A stretch of DNA of 64,000 bases from a virus (IMGVR_UViG_3300028591_000076:64001-128000), one strand, 5' to 3'; shown: positions 1 to 10,456, numbered from the stretch's first letter. Notes: generated by a model from the sequence alone, not told the origin. Numbers and translations are program-made.

Positions 1-494
1 TATTTTATAGTATTACTAGTTGGAAAAATTTCATAAATTTTAAACATACATTCAGACCAGTCAAGAGAAACCACAAAAACATAAATACCATCTGTTACAA
101 AATATACAGTATTACTTTGACTTATAAAATTCTTAAATTGATCATTGTTGATATAATATTCATATGTGCCTGGTGGAGTATCATTTAATATTTCTGTAAA
201 TCCAAAATCTGATAATGCCTTTAATAAAAGCTCATCTTCATCTTCGTCATATTCTAAGTCTTTTATAACTCTTAATAGCTCATCAAATTTTGTAGACGTA
301 TTAAAATGTATATTTAAGGGTCGTTTTTCACTATTATTAGAAGCAACTATATAAGAAAAATATTTTTTAGCATCTTCTAATTCTTTTTCTTCTTTAGAAG
401 AAAAATCTAACAGAAAAGATACCTTTCTTCTACTAAGAAAGCTTATTAAGTAAGACGTTTCAACTAGGTCAGTAAAATATTCTAAAGTTACCAT
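1..494 (-). CDS. hypothetical protein, runs off window edge
   Basis: Manual translation from ATG at 494 (MVTLEYFTDLVETSYL...) is open to position 1; co-directional with upstream genes; not in ORF track. Confidence 0.75.
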   Translation of the reverse strand, partial: MVTLEYFTDLVETSYLISFLSRRKVSFLLDFSSKEEKELEDAKKYFSYIVASNNSEKRPLNIHFNTSTKFDELLRVIKDLEYDEDEDELLLKALSDFGFTEILNDTPPGTYEYYINNDQFKNFISQSNTVYFVTDGIYVFVVSLDWSECMFKIYEIFPTSNTIK

Positions 495-495
495 T

Positions 496-744
496 TTATC
501 GATCAATAATTTTATCTATTTCCGCTAAAACTCTAGAAAGACGAATGTTTTTAATAATCTTATTTTTCAAAGGTATTTCACAAAAGAAGATATTATTCTT
601 CCAGTCTTTCTTTACAATATAATTTTCTCCCATATTCTTAAAAGCTACAGTAGTAAAATCTGTACCCTTATCCTCTGGGAGTCCGTTATATGAATAGAAA
701 TTCCAGCCGTCAAGGCAGGTCATATTAATAACTTCACAATTCAT
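496..744 (-). CDS. hypothetical protein
   Basis: 82-aa ORF packed tightly between neighbours; true start may be the ATG at 723 (GAAG upstream). Confidence 0.7.
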   Translation of the reverse strand: MNCEVINMTCLDGWNFYSYNGLPEDKGTDFTTVAFKNMGENYIVKKDWKNNIFFCEIPLKNKIIKNIRLSRVLAEIDKIIDR

Positions 745-747
745 AAA

Positions 748-1929
748 TTATATTCCAAGTCGTTTCATCTTTGCTTCTAGCAAAGCTTTTTCTCGTAGCA
801 CTTTTTCTACTTCTATTTTATGCCACTCTTCTGCGCTATAAATAAGTGATCCTAAGCCAGACCCAAAAGCGTAATTTACATGTCCTCTATGGGATGGTAA
901 CCATTTTTCCTTAAATATTTTATCTGCTTCTTCTTTAGACGCAGCCATAATATGAGCCTTTTTATGATGTATAGTATGCTTATTGTAGTGATTTTCATCT
1001 TCAACAATATCAAATAAATACTCTTTTACAGAAATATCTTCTTTATCAACCAAGCTTTTTATAGCGTCTTTTAATTCTGGTAGATTCTTAAATTCCTTAA
1101 GATTATCAACTTCAGTGAAATAAGCGGTATTTCTATTTAAGATACGTTTAATATAATTATTTATGTCAAACTTATACGACGTTTCTATTACGGGCTCAAT
1201 AGTATTAATTATACTATTATTATCTATAATAGTATTTATTACCCTTTTAATTGCATCACTAAATTTTCTATATGTAAAAATATCTCTATCAGGGTCACTC
1301 TTTTTTGTATGCTTTTCTCTAACTACAAAAGAAGAATATATATCCCTTTTATAATCTAGCATATATTTACCATTATAGTATGTTATGACTATATCAGTAT
1401 CATTTATAGACGATTTACAATCAAATTTAAATCTTATAGTAAAATGTCTATAATAGTAATCTTTATCAATACTATTAGCATTATTTACAGTAGAAATTAA
1501 TTTTGATAAGAAATCTGACATATCAAAATCATAATTTTCATAATTTTCAGCTTCTTCACTAAGACCATTAAATGATTTAACTACTGATTTTACAAGTTCA
1601 TAATCTTTATATAAGTATCCCTTATAAATTTTAAGGCCGCCGATAGTTTTATATTCAAGGTGTGCATTATTTCCGTCAGTACCAGAATATCCATATTCAT
1701 TTATATTAAATGCAACTCTACCTGTACGGTCCATTAATACCAATAAATGAATATAATCTGGGTCTACTTTAACCTTAGAGTCCAAATATTGTTGTCCACC
1801 TAGTGAAACGCTATTATTTGCTATAAATTTCGTAAAATCAAAATCATAATTTTCTTTTATAGTATCATATGTAGCTATATAATTTTTTAATTCATCTATA
1901 TTATAAACAGTAATATTTGAGTTCATCAA
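748..1929 (-). CDS. hypothetical protein with three internal repeats
   Basis: 393 aa, AGGAG SD; recurring ENYDFDFTKFI / ENYDFDMSDFL / TSYKFDINNYI. Confidence 0.85.
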   Translation of the reverse strand: MMNSNITVYNIDELKNYIATYDTIKENYDFDFTKFIANNSVSLGGQQYLDSKVKVDPDYIHLLVLMDRTGRVAFNINEYGYSGTDGNNAHLEYKTIGGLKIYKGYLYKDYELVKSVVKSFNGLSEEAENYENYDFDMSDFLSKLISTVNNANSIDKDYYYRHFTIRFKFDCKSSINDTDIVITYYNGKYMLDYKRDIYSSFVVREKHTKKSDPDRDIFTYRKFSDAIKRVINTIIDNNSIINTIEPVIETSYKFDINNYIKRILNRNTAYFTEVDNLKEFKNLPELKDAIKSLVDKEDISVKEYLFDIVEDENHYNKHTIHHKKAHIMAASKEEADKIFKEKWLPSHRGHVNYAFGSGLGSLIYSAEEWHKIEVEKVLREKALLEAKMKRLGI

Positions 1930-1936
1930 ATGTCTC

Positions 1937-2287
1937 CTAGATATTTTTTAATAAATTTTTTAAGCCATCAAATCGTTTTTTCTCTTTATACTCATCTTCT
2001 TCATAGAATGTCTCGTCTGACTCATCATATACTGGTAATGCTTCAGAAAGATATCCTATTGCTTTTTCCCATGCTTCGTCTATATTATTAGCTTTATATA
2101 AAATAGGCTGACATCGAATAGTTTCATCATAGCAACTACCTTCAAAAATAAGGTCCGTTTTCATAAAAACATTAAGCTCTGGAATATATTCTACTCGTAC
2201 TCCAGCGCTTGTATCTGAGTCATCTTCATCTATTTCATAAAAGTGATTAGTATAAAATTCTTTTTTTATATCTGCTAGCTTATACAT
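1937..2287 (-). CDS. acidic hypothetical protein
   Basis: 116-aa ORF, first in operon, TTACATATT motif 6 nt upstream of ATG. Confidence 0.8.
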   Translation of the reverse strand: MYKLADIKKEFYTNHFYEIDEDDSDTSAGVRVEYIPELNVFMKTDLIFEGSCYDETIRCQPILYKANNIDEAWEKAIGYLSEALPVYDESDETFYEEDEYKEKKRFDGLKNLLKNI

Positions 2288-2392
2288 AATTATAATATGT
2301 AATAATTACTAAAGTTTGCGTTTAGATTTTTAGATCTTTGGCTAATTAATCAGAGAAAATTAATTAATTATTTTTATAAGGAACTTTTATCT

Positions 2393-2881
2393 ATGGACTA
2401 TAAGGATGAAAAAGAGGTCTTTCATAGACCAACAACCTTATTTCAACAGAAAATAAACGATATTATGAAAAATAATCCCACTAAAGATATGATTCTTAAT
2501 CTAGTAGAACTTCAGCTTTACAAAAATGCTGGTAAAGATGAAGACAAATTAGTATATGTAGAATTATATAATTTATTAGGTATAGATAAGTTTATGGAAG
2601 TCATGGATATTTTAGCTGGAAAAACAATTAAATTCCCGCCAAAAGATGACTTTAAGGAAACTGTTGAGATAGCGTTAAGTTATTATTACAGGTACTTTAT
2701 GCACATGTCTTGGGACGAAATAAAAGAAAAAATGGGTGACCAAGATATGCCATCAGTCAAGTATGGTATAAAAGTACAGCAGCTTGAAAGATTTATGGAA
2801 TATATCGGTGATAAAATACGCGTTCGTATTGAAAAAGATATTACTAAAAAACTTGACGAAACTAAAAAGGAGGAAGAATAA
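2393..2881 (+). CDS. Mor/C-like transcription regulator
   Basis: LLGIDKFMEVMDILAGKTIKFP resembles the Mor-family G..IY.P dimerisation motif, followed by HTH-like MSWDEIKEK. Confidence 0.55.
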   Translation: MDYKDEKEVFHRPTTLFQQKINDIMKNNPTKDMILNLVELQLYKNAGKDEDKLVYVELYNLLGIDKFMEVMDILAGKTIKFPPKDDFKETVEIALSYYYRYFMHMSWDEIKEKMGDQDMPSVKYGIKVQQLERFMEYIGDKIRVRIEKDITKKLDETKKEEE

Positions 2882-3477
2882 TGGATGATAGGTCATTAGA
2901 AGAAATTATTCCTCCAGAAGGAATTCCTACAGAACAAGTAAAAGCTGAAATTATGGATTTAGAAAAGGCTAGGGAAATCTTAGCTAGGCCTACTTCAACA
3001 CCTGATGTGGCTGAAGCTAGAATTGATGATCCATTAACCAAAGTAGAAGAGTCTCTTGCAAATTATATATCAAGAAGATCAGAGATAGATATTGAGCGCA
3101 ATGACTTCTCTAAACTAATAATGCAAAAAATAGCAGATAGAATTGATAGTCTTAATACTGAGCAATTACTAACATTATTCGGTACTGATAGAGTTACAGG
3201 TACTGATATGATGTCTAAATTTATGGGACCAACTGCTCAAATTATTTCTACAAAGCAGCAAGCTAAAATTGCGGCTGAGGGAAGACGAGCAGCAGCTCTA
3301 GAAAAATCTGGTGGCGCAGGCGTTCAAATAGCAATAGGCAATGTTGGTAATAATCCAGCAGCTATGCAAGCAGCTAACCAAGATGCGCCACAAAGTGCAT
3401 TACAGGGCATGACAATGTTCTACCAGATAGCTTCAGCTATTCAAAGAATGGAAGATAAGAAAAAAGAAGAAGAATAA
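2881..3477 (+). CDS. helical hypothetical protein (weak small-terminase-like layout)
   Basis: 198 aa, coupled to previous gene (TAATG), AGGAGG SD; helical with C-terminal VQIAIG strand; function speculative. Confidence 0.6.
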   Translation: MDDRSLEEIIPPEGIPTEQVKAEIMDLEKAREILARPTSTPDVAEARIDDPLTKVEESLANYISRRSEIDIERNDFSKLIMQKIADRIDSLNTEQLLTLFGTDRVTGTDMMSKFMGPTAQIISTKQQAKIAAEGRRAAALEKSGGAGVQIAIGNVGNNPAAMQAANQDAPQSALQGMTMFYQIASAIQRMEDKKKEEE

Positions 3478-3484
3478 CCTTAAT

Positions 3485-3515
3485 AATGGGATAGCAAAAG
3501 CTATCCCATTTTTTT
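3485..3515 (+). terminator. intrinsic terminator
   Basis: AATGGGATAGC-AAAA-GCTATCCCATT followed by a T run. Confidence 0.9.
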
Positions 3516-3541
3516 AATTATCACCAGCTAATTAAGTTACT

Positions 3542-3823
3542 ATGGATAACTATATTAAAACATTTAACTTAAAGATGAACTTTATTATTAGTATGGTAAA
3601 TACATTTGGCGCGTATAGGGTAGATGCTAGCTGGTTTGATATTTCCGTAACTAGTGACAATAATAATATACCTAAAAAAGGCCTACATGAGTATGGTACG
3701 TCCTTTAAGATGATTTCTCTACTAGATAAATATAAACCTGAATTTAATAAAATACTAGATTCTAATAATATAATATTCGAAAAGTCAAAAAAAAGTTTTA
3801 TATTTAAACTTAACAAAATCTAA
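3542..3823 (+). CDS. hypothetical protein
   Basis: 93 aa, preceded by GCTAATT motif. Confidence 0.7.
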   Translation: MDNYIKTFNLKMNFIISMVNTFGAYRVDASWFDISVTSDNNNIPKKGLHEYGTSFKMISLLDKYKPEFNKILDSNNIIFEKSKKSFIFKLNKI

Positions 3824-3866
3824 TAAAAGTGGCAGACTAATTATATATGCTAAACGGGAGACGATT

Positions 3867-4586
3867 ATGAAAAAGATATTTAATACTATCTTGCTAGTAT
3901 TTTTATCAACTATGTTATATTCTTCTGACATATCTCAGTTCAATATAACGTCGGGTTCAGTAATAGATATAAACGGTACAGTTTTTATTCAAAAGCCAGA
4001 ACTAAATAAAAAAATTAGGCTTCTAAAAGGCACTAAAATAGAGGCAGGTGATAAGGTTTTAACAGGATTTAATGGTTTTATTACATTAAAAGTAGAAGAT
4101 GTTACGGTAGATGTTGACCCATTATCGATAATAATATTAAATTCTGCTGTTTACCATAATGGTAGATTTCGTAATATTTGGACGCTAGAAAAAGGTACAA
4201 TACATGTTGTTTTTAATTCTGCAAATTATATTAGTCCAAGACTTATCTTTAATACAACTGAAAATGCTATATTTGTTTCTGGCACAGAATTTTATTTGAA
4301 TGAAAAAGGCTTAGTAACTGTAATAAAAGGCCAAGTAGAAGTATTTTTACTAAAGGACTGGACAGAATATAAAATATTGGAAGAAACCCTTCCTGATACA
4401 TTTCAGAAAGTACATGAAGGAACAATTGGCGGAACAAAACTACCACAATATATTATTGACCCTATAAATAAAAATGATACTAATAAGATACCTGATGTAC
4501 CTTCAAAGGAAATTCCTAATATTCCTTCGCAAAATCAGCCAGCAATATTACCAAATGATGAAGAAAAATATATTTTAGAGGATTAA
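3867..4586 (+). CDS. secreted/periplasmic FecR-domain protein
   Basis: Signal peptide MKKIFNTILLVFLSTMLYS; GDKVLTG, LEKGTI, VSGTEF, VIKGQVEV match the FecR beta-domain pattern; Pro-rich tail. Confidence 0.8.
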   Translation: MKKIFNTILLVFLSTMLYSSDISQFNITSGSVIDINGTVFIQKPELNKKIRLLKGTKIEAGDKVLTGFNGFITLKVEDVTVDVDPLSIIILNSAVYHNGRFRNIWTLEKGTIHVVFNSANYISPRLIFNTTENAIFVSGTEFYLNEKGLVTVIKGQVEVFLLKDWTEYKILEETLPDTFQKVHEGTIGGTKLPQYIIDPINKNDTNKIPDVPSKEIPNIPSQNQPAILPNDEEKYILED

Positions 4587-4596
4587 GTGATTTAAT

Positions 4597-5487
4597 ATGA
4601 AAGCAATAGAGCTTATTACACAATCAATAAATAATGGCCATGGTGGCCTAATACTATCGATATTTATCGTAGTAACTATTCTTATTATAGCATCTTTTCT
4701 TTTTATATTAAATGCTCTAAGTAAAATTCCTCTTAAGGGCTCTAAATTTAAGTTTGGAAAGGCAGAATGGTCTAATAGTGATAATGAAAATTCTGAAAGT
4801 AAACAAGAAAATAATACTGATACGATAAGCCCAATAAATAATACAAAAACTATTGATAGCAAATTTATCTCATTTATACAAATAATTATATCAGAGTCGG
4901 TTCTAACTGGATATGAAAAATGTAAGATAAGAGCAGATTTATTTAATAATCAAATGAATAGCCTAATTGAAAGTTTTAGCTATATGGAGTCTCGTATTTT
5001 AGCAAAGTATACAGAAATCGGTGGTAAAAATTATGAAATTGCTAGAATACTATTAGACCATAGTATAAAAACAAAGATTATTGAGCCTATAAGAAAAATA
5101 TTTGTTTTAGATAGACTAGCCGAAAAAAGCCTAGATGATTTTATTGAAAGACAAAGAAGCTTATCTGATGGCGCATACATAAGTATATATCAAGATATTG
5201 AAAGACATATGGTGGGTAACTCAAATAATTATGATGAGCCACTATTAAAAGCTATAGAGTCATATAAAGAAGATTTTAGGCGAACAATAGTAAACTCATT
5301 AGAAAGCGCACATAAAACAGCAAGAAATTTCTTAGAAAATATTAATAATGAAGATAATTTATTGAATAAGCATATAAATAATTATATTAGGTCGTATCTG
5401 GCTAACAATAATATAAGCTTGCCAACAAACTGGCTGGACCCAGAGCGTAGTACACCACCAGCAGCAGATACTATCGGGGAGAAGTAA
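4597..5487 (+). CDS. bitopic membrane protein with helical soluble domain
   Basis: One N-terminal TM (LILSIFIVVTILIIASFLFIL), polar linker, about 220-aa helical domain. Confidence 0.8.
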   Translation: MKAIELITQSINNGHGGLILSIFIVVTILIIASFLFILNALSKIPLKGSKFKFGKAEWSNSDNENSESKQENNTDTISPINNTKTIDSKFISFIQIIISESVLTGYEKCKIRADLFNNQMNSLIESFSYMESRILAKYTEIGGKNYEIARILLDHSIKTKIIEPIRKIFVLDRLAEKSLDDFIERQRSLSDGAYISIYQDIERHMVGNSNNYDEPLLKAIESYKEDFRRTIVNSLESAHKTARNFLENINNEDNLLNKHINNYIRSYLANNNISLPTNWLDPERSTPPAADTIGEK

Positions 5488-5488
5488 T

Positions 5489-6259
5489 ATGAATTCCAAA
5501 AACGGCCCTTTAATATTTTGCTTAATTGAACTTTTATTTTTCACAATATTCGCCGTTAGATTAACAGTAACAAGTATCATTGAGAGGCGTAAACGTAAGC
5601 ATCCCCTAATACCACAAACTGGATTCTGGTTTTATATCTTTTTTATTTTAAGTAGCATTTCTTATAGTATAGTAAGTATACTAATGATAGAATGCTATTT
5701 TAAGATAAACTCTAATATATTAGATTATTTTAAGAATTTATTATATACATCTTCATTTATATATCTTCAAATTTACTGTTATAAAACTGCCACAATTCCA
5801 GATGGTAAAAATTTCTATAAAGGAAATGTTTTAAAAAACTCAAAAAAGAATGATGAATTAGAAAAATGGATATACACATCATCAATTCTTATTACTGTGA
5901 CGCAAACATTAGCTATTGGGCTATCGCCAATATTCTTGTCGGTATCATTATTAAAGGTAGAAGTAATATCTTGGATTGCTATATTATTTTCGGTAATTAC
6001 TTTAATTAAAATTTTTAGATTTGCAAAAAGTGGTAAATTAATAATAAAAAGATGGCTTATATACGCATCATTCTCACTTTTTATTGTTCCTTTATCATTC
6101 TGTGTAAATTTATTTTCACAATTTGTTGATTTGCTCACCTATGGCGTTTTCTGGGGATTATTATTAAGAGGAATATTCATGGCCTTCAGAATATGCCAAT
6201 TATTCATAATTGCATGGTGTTCTTTATCAAATTCTGATATGAGGTTGTTATATGATTGA
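5489..6259 (+). CDS. polytopic membrane protein, about 7 TM
   Basis: Seven hydrophobic segments counted by eye; GGGGAG SD. Confidence 0.8.
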   Translation: MNSKNGPLIFCLIELLFFTIFAVRLTVTSIIERRKRKHPLIPQTGFWFYIFFILSSISYSIVSILMIECYFKINSNILDYFKNLLYTSSFIYLQIYCYKTATIPDGKNFYKGNVLKNSKKNDELEKWIYTSSILITVTQTLAIGLSPIFLSVSLLKVEVISWIAILFSVITLIKIFRFAKSGKLIIKRWLIYASFSLFIVPLSFCVNLFSQFVDLLTYGVFWGLLLRGIFMAFRICQLFIIAWCSLSNSDMRLLYD

Positions 6260-7175
6260 GGGTATAGTTGCAATCGCATTCATGTTAATAGCACTGTTAG
6301 TTAGAGCGTTAAATGATGCGTATATTTATATATATGTATTTAATGCTCTAATCTCTTTAAGTATAGTATATATCCTTTTCTGTCGTGTGTTTATGTTTAC
6401 TTGCAAAGATAAGGTAGGTAAAGCTAACCATAGATATCTATTTTTATGTGTATTCTATACATTCTTAATAATTGAAGGTTTCTTAGCATTATTATTTTTC
6501 TCAGGCGAATTAGAGTGGACTTATCCAAATATTCTAAAGCCCGCACAAATCTTAATGTACTCAATTTCTATTATTATGTTTCTATATGTAAAAATAAATG
6601 ACCTTAAAAAATGTTTTATATATGGAAAAACATATCTTACATTAGAAATTATAGACTTTGTAATAATTCTTATATATTTACTATTTGATTATTTGGTTAC
6701 ACCACAAAGTATAGATAACAACCCAGCTATTATGAATGTTGCTGTATTTTTTATGATTACGTTAGCAATTATAAATAAATATAGACTATCTATGATGGAC
6801 TATTGGGAACATAAAAAAATACTTTTATTAAAAATTGATCAAAGAATAAAACATAAAAAAACAAAAACGCTAATTGATCCCAAAATAAAAGATATAAATC
6901 GAGACCAAATAATGGTAGAATGCAGATACGTTCTAGATTATGCGCCAATACGTGTAATTGAAATGAATCTACTAATAAGTCAGCTAAGAGCTGTTTTATT
7001 AAAAAATGGATTATCATTAGAAGATACAACTGAAACTATATCAGAATTTAGCTCGGTTATAATAAGAAACTTAATGAAAAGAAAATATGATTTTTATATA
7101 TTACCAAATTATATATTAAATAAATTATATAGAATAAACAAAAATAGTATAAAAGAAAGAAGACAGCTTCAGTAA
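6252..7175 (+). CDS. polytopic membrane protein, about 6 TM plus basic C-terminal domain
   Basis: Six hydrophobic segments then about 120-aa soluble tail; overlaps previous stop; GAGG SD. Confidence 0.8.
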   Translation: MIEGIVAIAFMLIALLVRALNDAYIYIYVFNALISLSIVYILFCRVFMFTCKDKVGKANHRYLFLCVFYTFLIIEGFLALLFFSGELEWTYPNILKPAQILMYSISIIMFLYVKINDLKKCFIYGKTYLTLEIIDFVIILIYLLFDYLVTPQSIDNNPAIMNVAVFFMITLAIINKYRLSMMDYWEHKKILLLKIDQRIKHKKTKTLIDPKIKDINRDQIMVECRYVLDYAPIRVIEMNLLISQLRAVLLKNGLSLEDTTETISEFSSVIIRNLMKRKYDFYILPNYILNKLYRINKNSIKERRQLQ

Positions 7176-7212
7176 TTCTTCTTTACTAAATATAAATAGG
7201 AAACTATAATAT

Positions 7213-7683
7213 ATGAAGAGGGTTTTTAGTATAATATTTTTATTACTAAATTTTTCTATTTTCAATGCTTTTCCACAAGGATATAGTCCTAAAGAAGCAT
7301 TTACATATAAAGTGAAATCATGGGTAAATCCGTGCCCATCAGTAAGATATTCTTCAAAAGACTGCGTAGTATGGATATACTACAGCCCTGTATATAATCA
7401 AGCTAGAATATACTATGTTTGTAATAGATATAGATATGAAGAAAGCGATGCTAGAAATACATGGCGCGAAATAGTAGATAATATTATGAGATGCAAATAT
7501 CCAGAATTATCTACTAAAAGGTATTATAAATATAGAATAATCCCTTCACCAAGCTTTTCTCTTAAATTTGCTCATAAACTTATTGATGATAAAAATATTG
7601 GAGCGCCAGATAGTATTATTAACTTTGGTGATGAACGTGATATAGTAGCATTCTGGGAAGCAGAAGTTCAATTTAGTAATTAA
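7213..7683 (+). CDS. secreted hypothetical protein
   Basis: Signal peptide MKRVFSIIFLLLNFSIFNA; 4 Cys in mature part. Confidence 0.75.
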   Translation: MKRVFSIIFLLLNFSIFNAFPQGYSPKEAFTYKVKSWVNPCPSVRYSSKDCVVWIYYSPVYNQARIYYVCNRYRYEESDARNTWREIVDNIMRCKYPELSTKRYYKYRIIPSPSFSLKFAHKLIDDKNIGAPDSIINFGDERDIVAFWEAEVQFSN

Positions 7684-7711
7684 AAAATCCCAAGCATAAC
7701 CTGGGATTTTT
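7682..7711. terminator. bidirectional intrinsic terminator
   Basis: AAAAATCCCA...TGGGATTTTT between convergent genes. Confidence 0.8.
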
Positions 7712-7745
7712 AGAAAATTTTATAATTATTTTTAATTAAAGGCTT

Positions 7746-8087
7746 TTACTTACTTCTATATTTATTATATAAAATTTTTGCGAACTCTTCAATAAGCTCT
7801 TTTGTTTCTGGCCTTCCATCTAAGAAAGTTTTATATTCCTTCCAATTTTTTCTATCAAATTTATCATGTGAATAATGAGATAAATTTGGAAGACTTTCAT
7901 CTGCCATACAGTGATTTCTTACATAAAACACAAATTGTTCAAAATTCTGCATTTTACTAAGCCAATGTGTCTTTTGTGATATTTTACCTAGCTCGTTTCT
8001 TTTTGAGAGCCAGTTTCTACTACCACGATTAGCTTTACCTGCTTTTGACTTACCAAAAGCGATATTTTTAGAATATGACCTACTCAC
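7746..8087 (-). CDS. basic hypothetical protein
   Basis: 113 aa, GTG start, AGGAG SD, K/R-rich N-terminus. Confidence 0.75.
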   Translation of the reverse strand: MSRSYSKNIAFGKSKAGKANRGSRNWLSKRNELGKISQKTHWLSKMQNFEQFVFYVRNHCMADESLPNLSHYSHDKFDRKNWKEYKTFLDGRPETKELIEEFAKILYNKYRSK

Positions 8088-8120
8088 TAAGCAAATCTCC
8101 TATTATATAGGATATTAGCA

Positions 8121-8387
8121 TTATTTTATATTATTTTCTAATATTTCTTTAATCTTTGTATAGAATAATTCTATTTTATTGTCGTCATAAAAACAGTCAT
8201 AATTAGAAGCTCTTACTTCTTCTTCAAAATCATTATATGCATTAGGATAATTTTCAGCTAAAAAATCACAGGTAACATTAAATGTAGCTTGACCATAGCG
8301 ATAAGACTTATTACCACGCGCTTTTTCTTCTCTAAAATGCTTATCTGATGCATCTCGAATTGACTGAATAATGTTTTCTATATACAT
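8121..8387 (-). CDS. hypothetical protein
   Basis: 88 aa, AAGGAG SD, TTACATATT upstream. Confidence 0.8.
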   Translation of the reverse strand: MYIENIIQSIRDASDKHFREEKARGNKSYRYGQATFNVTCDFLAENYPNAYNDFEEEVRASNYDCFYDDNKIELFYTKIKEILENNIK

Positions 8388-8427
8388 AGTAGAACTCCTT
8401 TAATATAATATGTAAAAATTAAAGGAA

Positions 8428-10404
8428 TTATATATTTGGTTCTTCCCATTCATAACTTATATATTCCCATGGAAGCTCACAAATCCTAGTATCTATTTTA
8501 TTAGATTCTGCTTCTGTACAAGGATACTTAACACATTCAATATCACAATTATATGAAAAATCATAGTGTACACGTGATGGTATATTACTATTCTTATATG
8601 CATCATATAATAAAGTACGAATAGAACAGTCCTGGAATTTATAATTTAATTCACTTAACTCTTCCATCTCTGAAGGATTAATACGTAATTTATTAAACTT
8701 TCCTTTAAGGAATACTAAAGTTTTAATATTATTAGAATATTCTTGTCCTAATATATCTTTAATATATTTAACAAATGTTGGTATATCAAAATATCCATTA
8801 TTACCTGCATGGCATTTTTCTGGTGATATATAGCAGTTATTAAAATTAAATACTAAACTTTTATCATCTCTCGAAGAAAATGATTGCTTTAAGTCTTCTT
8901 TTGTCCAAGACTCAATATCAGCCATATTAAGTACTGAATAATTAAGCTTATCTACTATGCTCTCTGGAAAATAAAAATTATATAAATCGTCCCATAAATG
9001 TGCTTCGCCATAATCTGGTAGCTTATAAAAAGCTTTATTATAGTCACAGTCTGGGTTTTCTTTTACTACATCTAATGCTTGTTTTGCTAACTCGCGTATA
9101 TTCCAGCCAAATACTTCCTTAAATAGTCTAGGTTCGATACAATGACTTGCGTTATCATCTTGATTCCATGCTTTCCATGCGCCATTTTCATATGCGTCTA
9201 ATGGACTACCATAATATAAAGTTTCTATCTGGATCATCCATTTTCTATTATTAGCTTCTGGATTAGCGTCTTTACTAAAGGCAAGAATAAAAAGATTATA
9301 TTTACTTACATACTGTTTCCAATACTCATCATTCTTTTCATAACCAATGCACCATTTCGCGGTCTGTCCGCCACATTTAGCTGAGTCCATCCACTTACAT
9401 GCTTCCCATGTCATAGGCATTACGAATATAAACTTATCATTTTCTAATTCTGGTAACATTACAAAATCACAGTGGCTCATAGGAATACCCGCAATGCTAC
9501 CTATTAAACCTGTATCAAAAAATACTTTATTTGCATCTATTTTTTTAGCAATATGTCTTTCTTTGCGCGAGCCACCTTTATTTTTCCATGTATAATAAGC
9601 ATCTACAATTTTAGCTATTTCTGTAATACCACTTTCAAAATACTTATCATCTGACCAATGTTCTCTATCATAATGTAATAACTTCTGCCAATCTATTTTA
9701 GTATTGCCTATTGCGCCACTATCTATAAACTTTATTAACTCTTCATATTGTGGTAATGGCTTTTGCGCAAAATTGGTTTTATACATTATATCTAGACGAC
9801 TATCTTCATCATAGCTTAAATCATCATACCAAGGTTTTAAAAATCGCTCTTTTGATGCTTCACGTAAGTAATTTAGAGTAGACTCATTAAGAGATGTATC
9901 CGAAATAATACTTAAAACTCTTTCTAAAAAATCTTTTTGAACTTCATTACTATTAGGGTCTGACCAAATACCCGGTATAGAACATAAAGCAATTTCAATA
10001 CAGTTTTTATCTTTCCAATTATGCTCTGTAGCTGCTGACTGACCAGTATATAAGGTCCAGTCCGAATTATCATTATCTTTTAATGAATTAAGTATTTCAT
10101 CTGAGTCTAATAAATCTATAAAATATAGTAAGCTCTTATTTAATGGAAAATACCCAACTGTGTCTGGTACAGTAATACTAATATATGTTCCATCGCCCTT
10201 ATTATCACAAGTTAACTCAAATTCAGCAGCATTATGGTTTTCTTCTTTTGAAGCGAAAATTTGTTTATCGCTAGCCCATTTATGTAATGCGTCATTTACT
10301 TTTTTTATAAGGTCTTGCATTTCATCATTAGACTTTTTTAAGTCTGTAGAATTATTATAAATTGATTCAAAAATGTTAAAAGTCATATTTTTATTACGTA
10401 CCAT
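8428..10404 (-). CDS. large phage protein with PcfJ-like (P.T.E...KWC) domain
   Basis: PMTWEACK...GQTAKWCIG...YWKQY...KWMIQ matches a motif pattern common in large-phage proteins; LNES and LREA sites near aa 175-185. Confidence 0.6.
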   Translation of the reverse strand: MVRNKNMTFNIFESIYNNSTDLKKSNDEMQDLIKKVNDALHKWASDKQIFASKEENHNAAEFELTCDNKGDGTYISITVPDTVGYFPLNKSLLYFIDLLDSDEILNSLKDNDNSDWTLYTGQSAATEHNWKDKNCIEIALCSIPGIWSDPNSNEVQKDFLERVLSIISDTSLNESTLNYLREASKERFLKPWYDDLSYDEDSRLDIMYKTNFAQKPLPQYEELIKFIDSGAIGNTKIDWQKLLHYDREHWSDDKYFESGITEIAKIVDAYYTWKNKGGSRKERHIAKKIDANKVFFDTGLIGSIAGIPMSHCDFVMLPELENDKFIFVMPMTWEACKWMDSAKCGGQTAKWCIGYEKNDEYWKQYVSKYNLFILAFSKDANPEANNRKWMIQIETLYYGSPLDAYENGAWKAWNQDDNASHCIEPRLFKEVFGWNIRELAKQALDVVKENPDCDYNKAFYKLPDYGEAHLWDDLYNFYFPESIVDKLNYSVLNMADIESWTKEDLKQSFSSRDDKSLVFNFNNCYISPEKCHAGNNGYFDIPTFVKYIKDILGQEYSNNIKTLVFLKGKFNKLRINPSEMEELSELNYKFQDCSIRTLLYDAYKNSNIPSRVHYDFSYNCDIECVKYPCTEAESNKIDTRICELPWEYISYEWEEPNI

Positions 10405-10430
10405 AAAAAATTAGTAACGAATTTAAAATA

Positions 10431-10456
10431 AAAAAAGCCCAAATATTTGGGCTTTT
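10431..10456 (-). terminator. intrinsic terminator
   Basis: AAAAAAGCCCAAATATTTGGGCTTTT. Confidence 0.8.

Noticed and set aside
5489-6259. 7TM protein as a microbial rhodopsin
   Set aside because: No retinal-binding Lys (DxxxK/SxxxK) in helix 7 and no RYxxW motif in helix 3
7191-7198. T4 late promoter TATAAATA
   Set aside because: Isolated match expected by chance in AT-rich DNA; absent before the structural genes, which carry RCTAAWT
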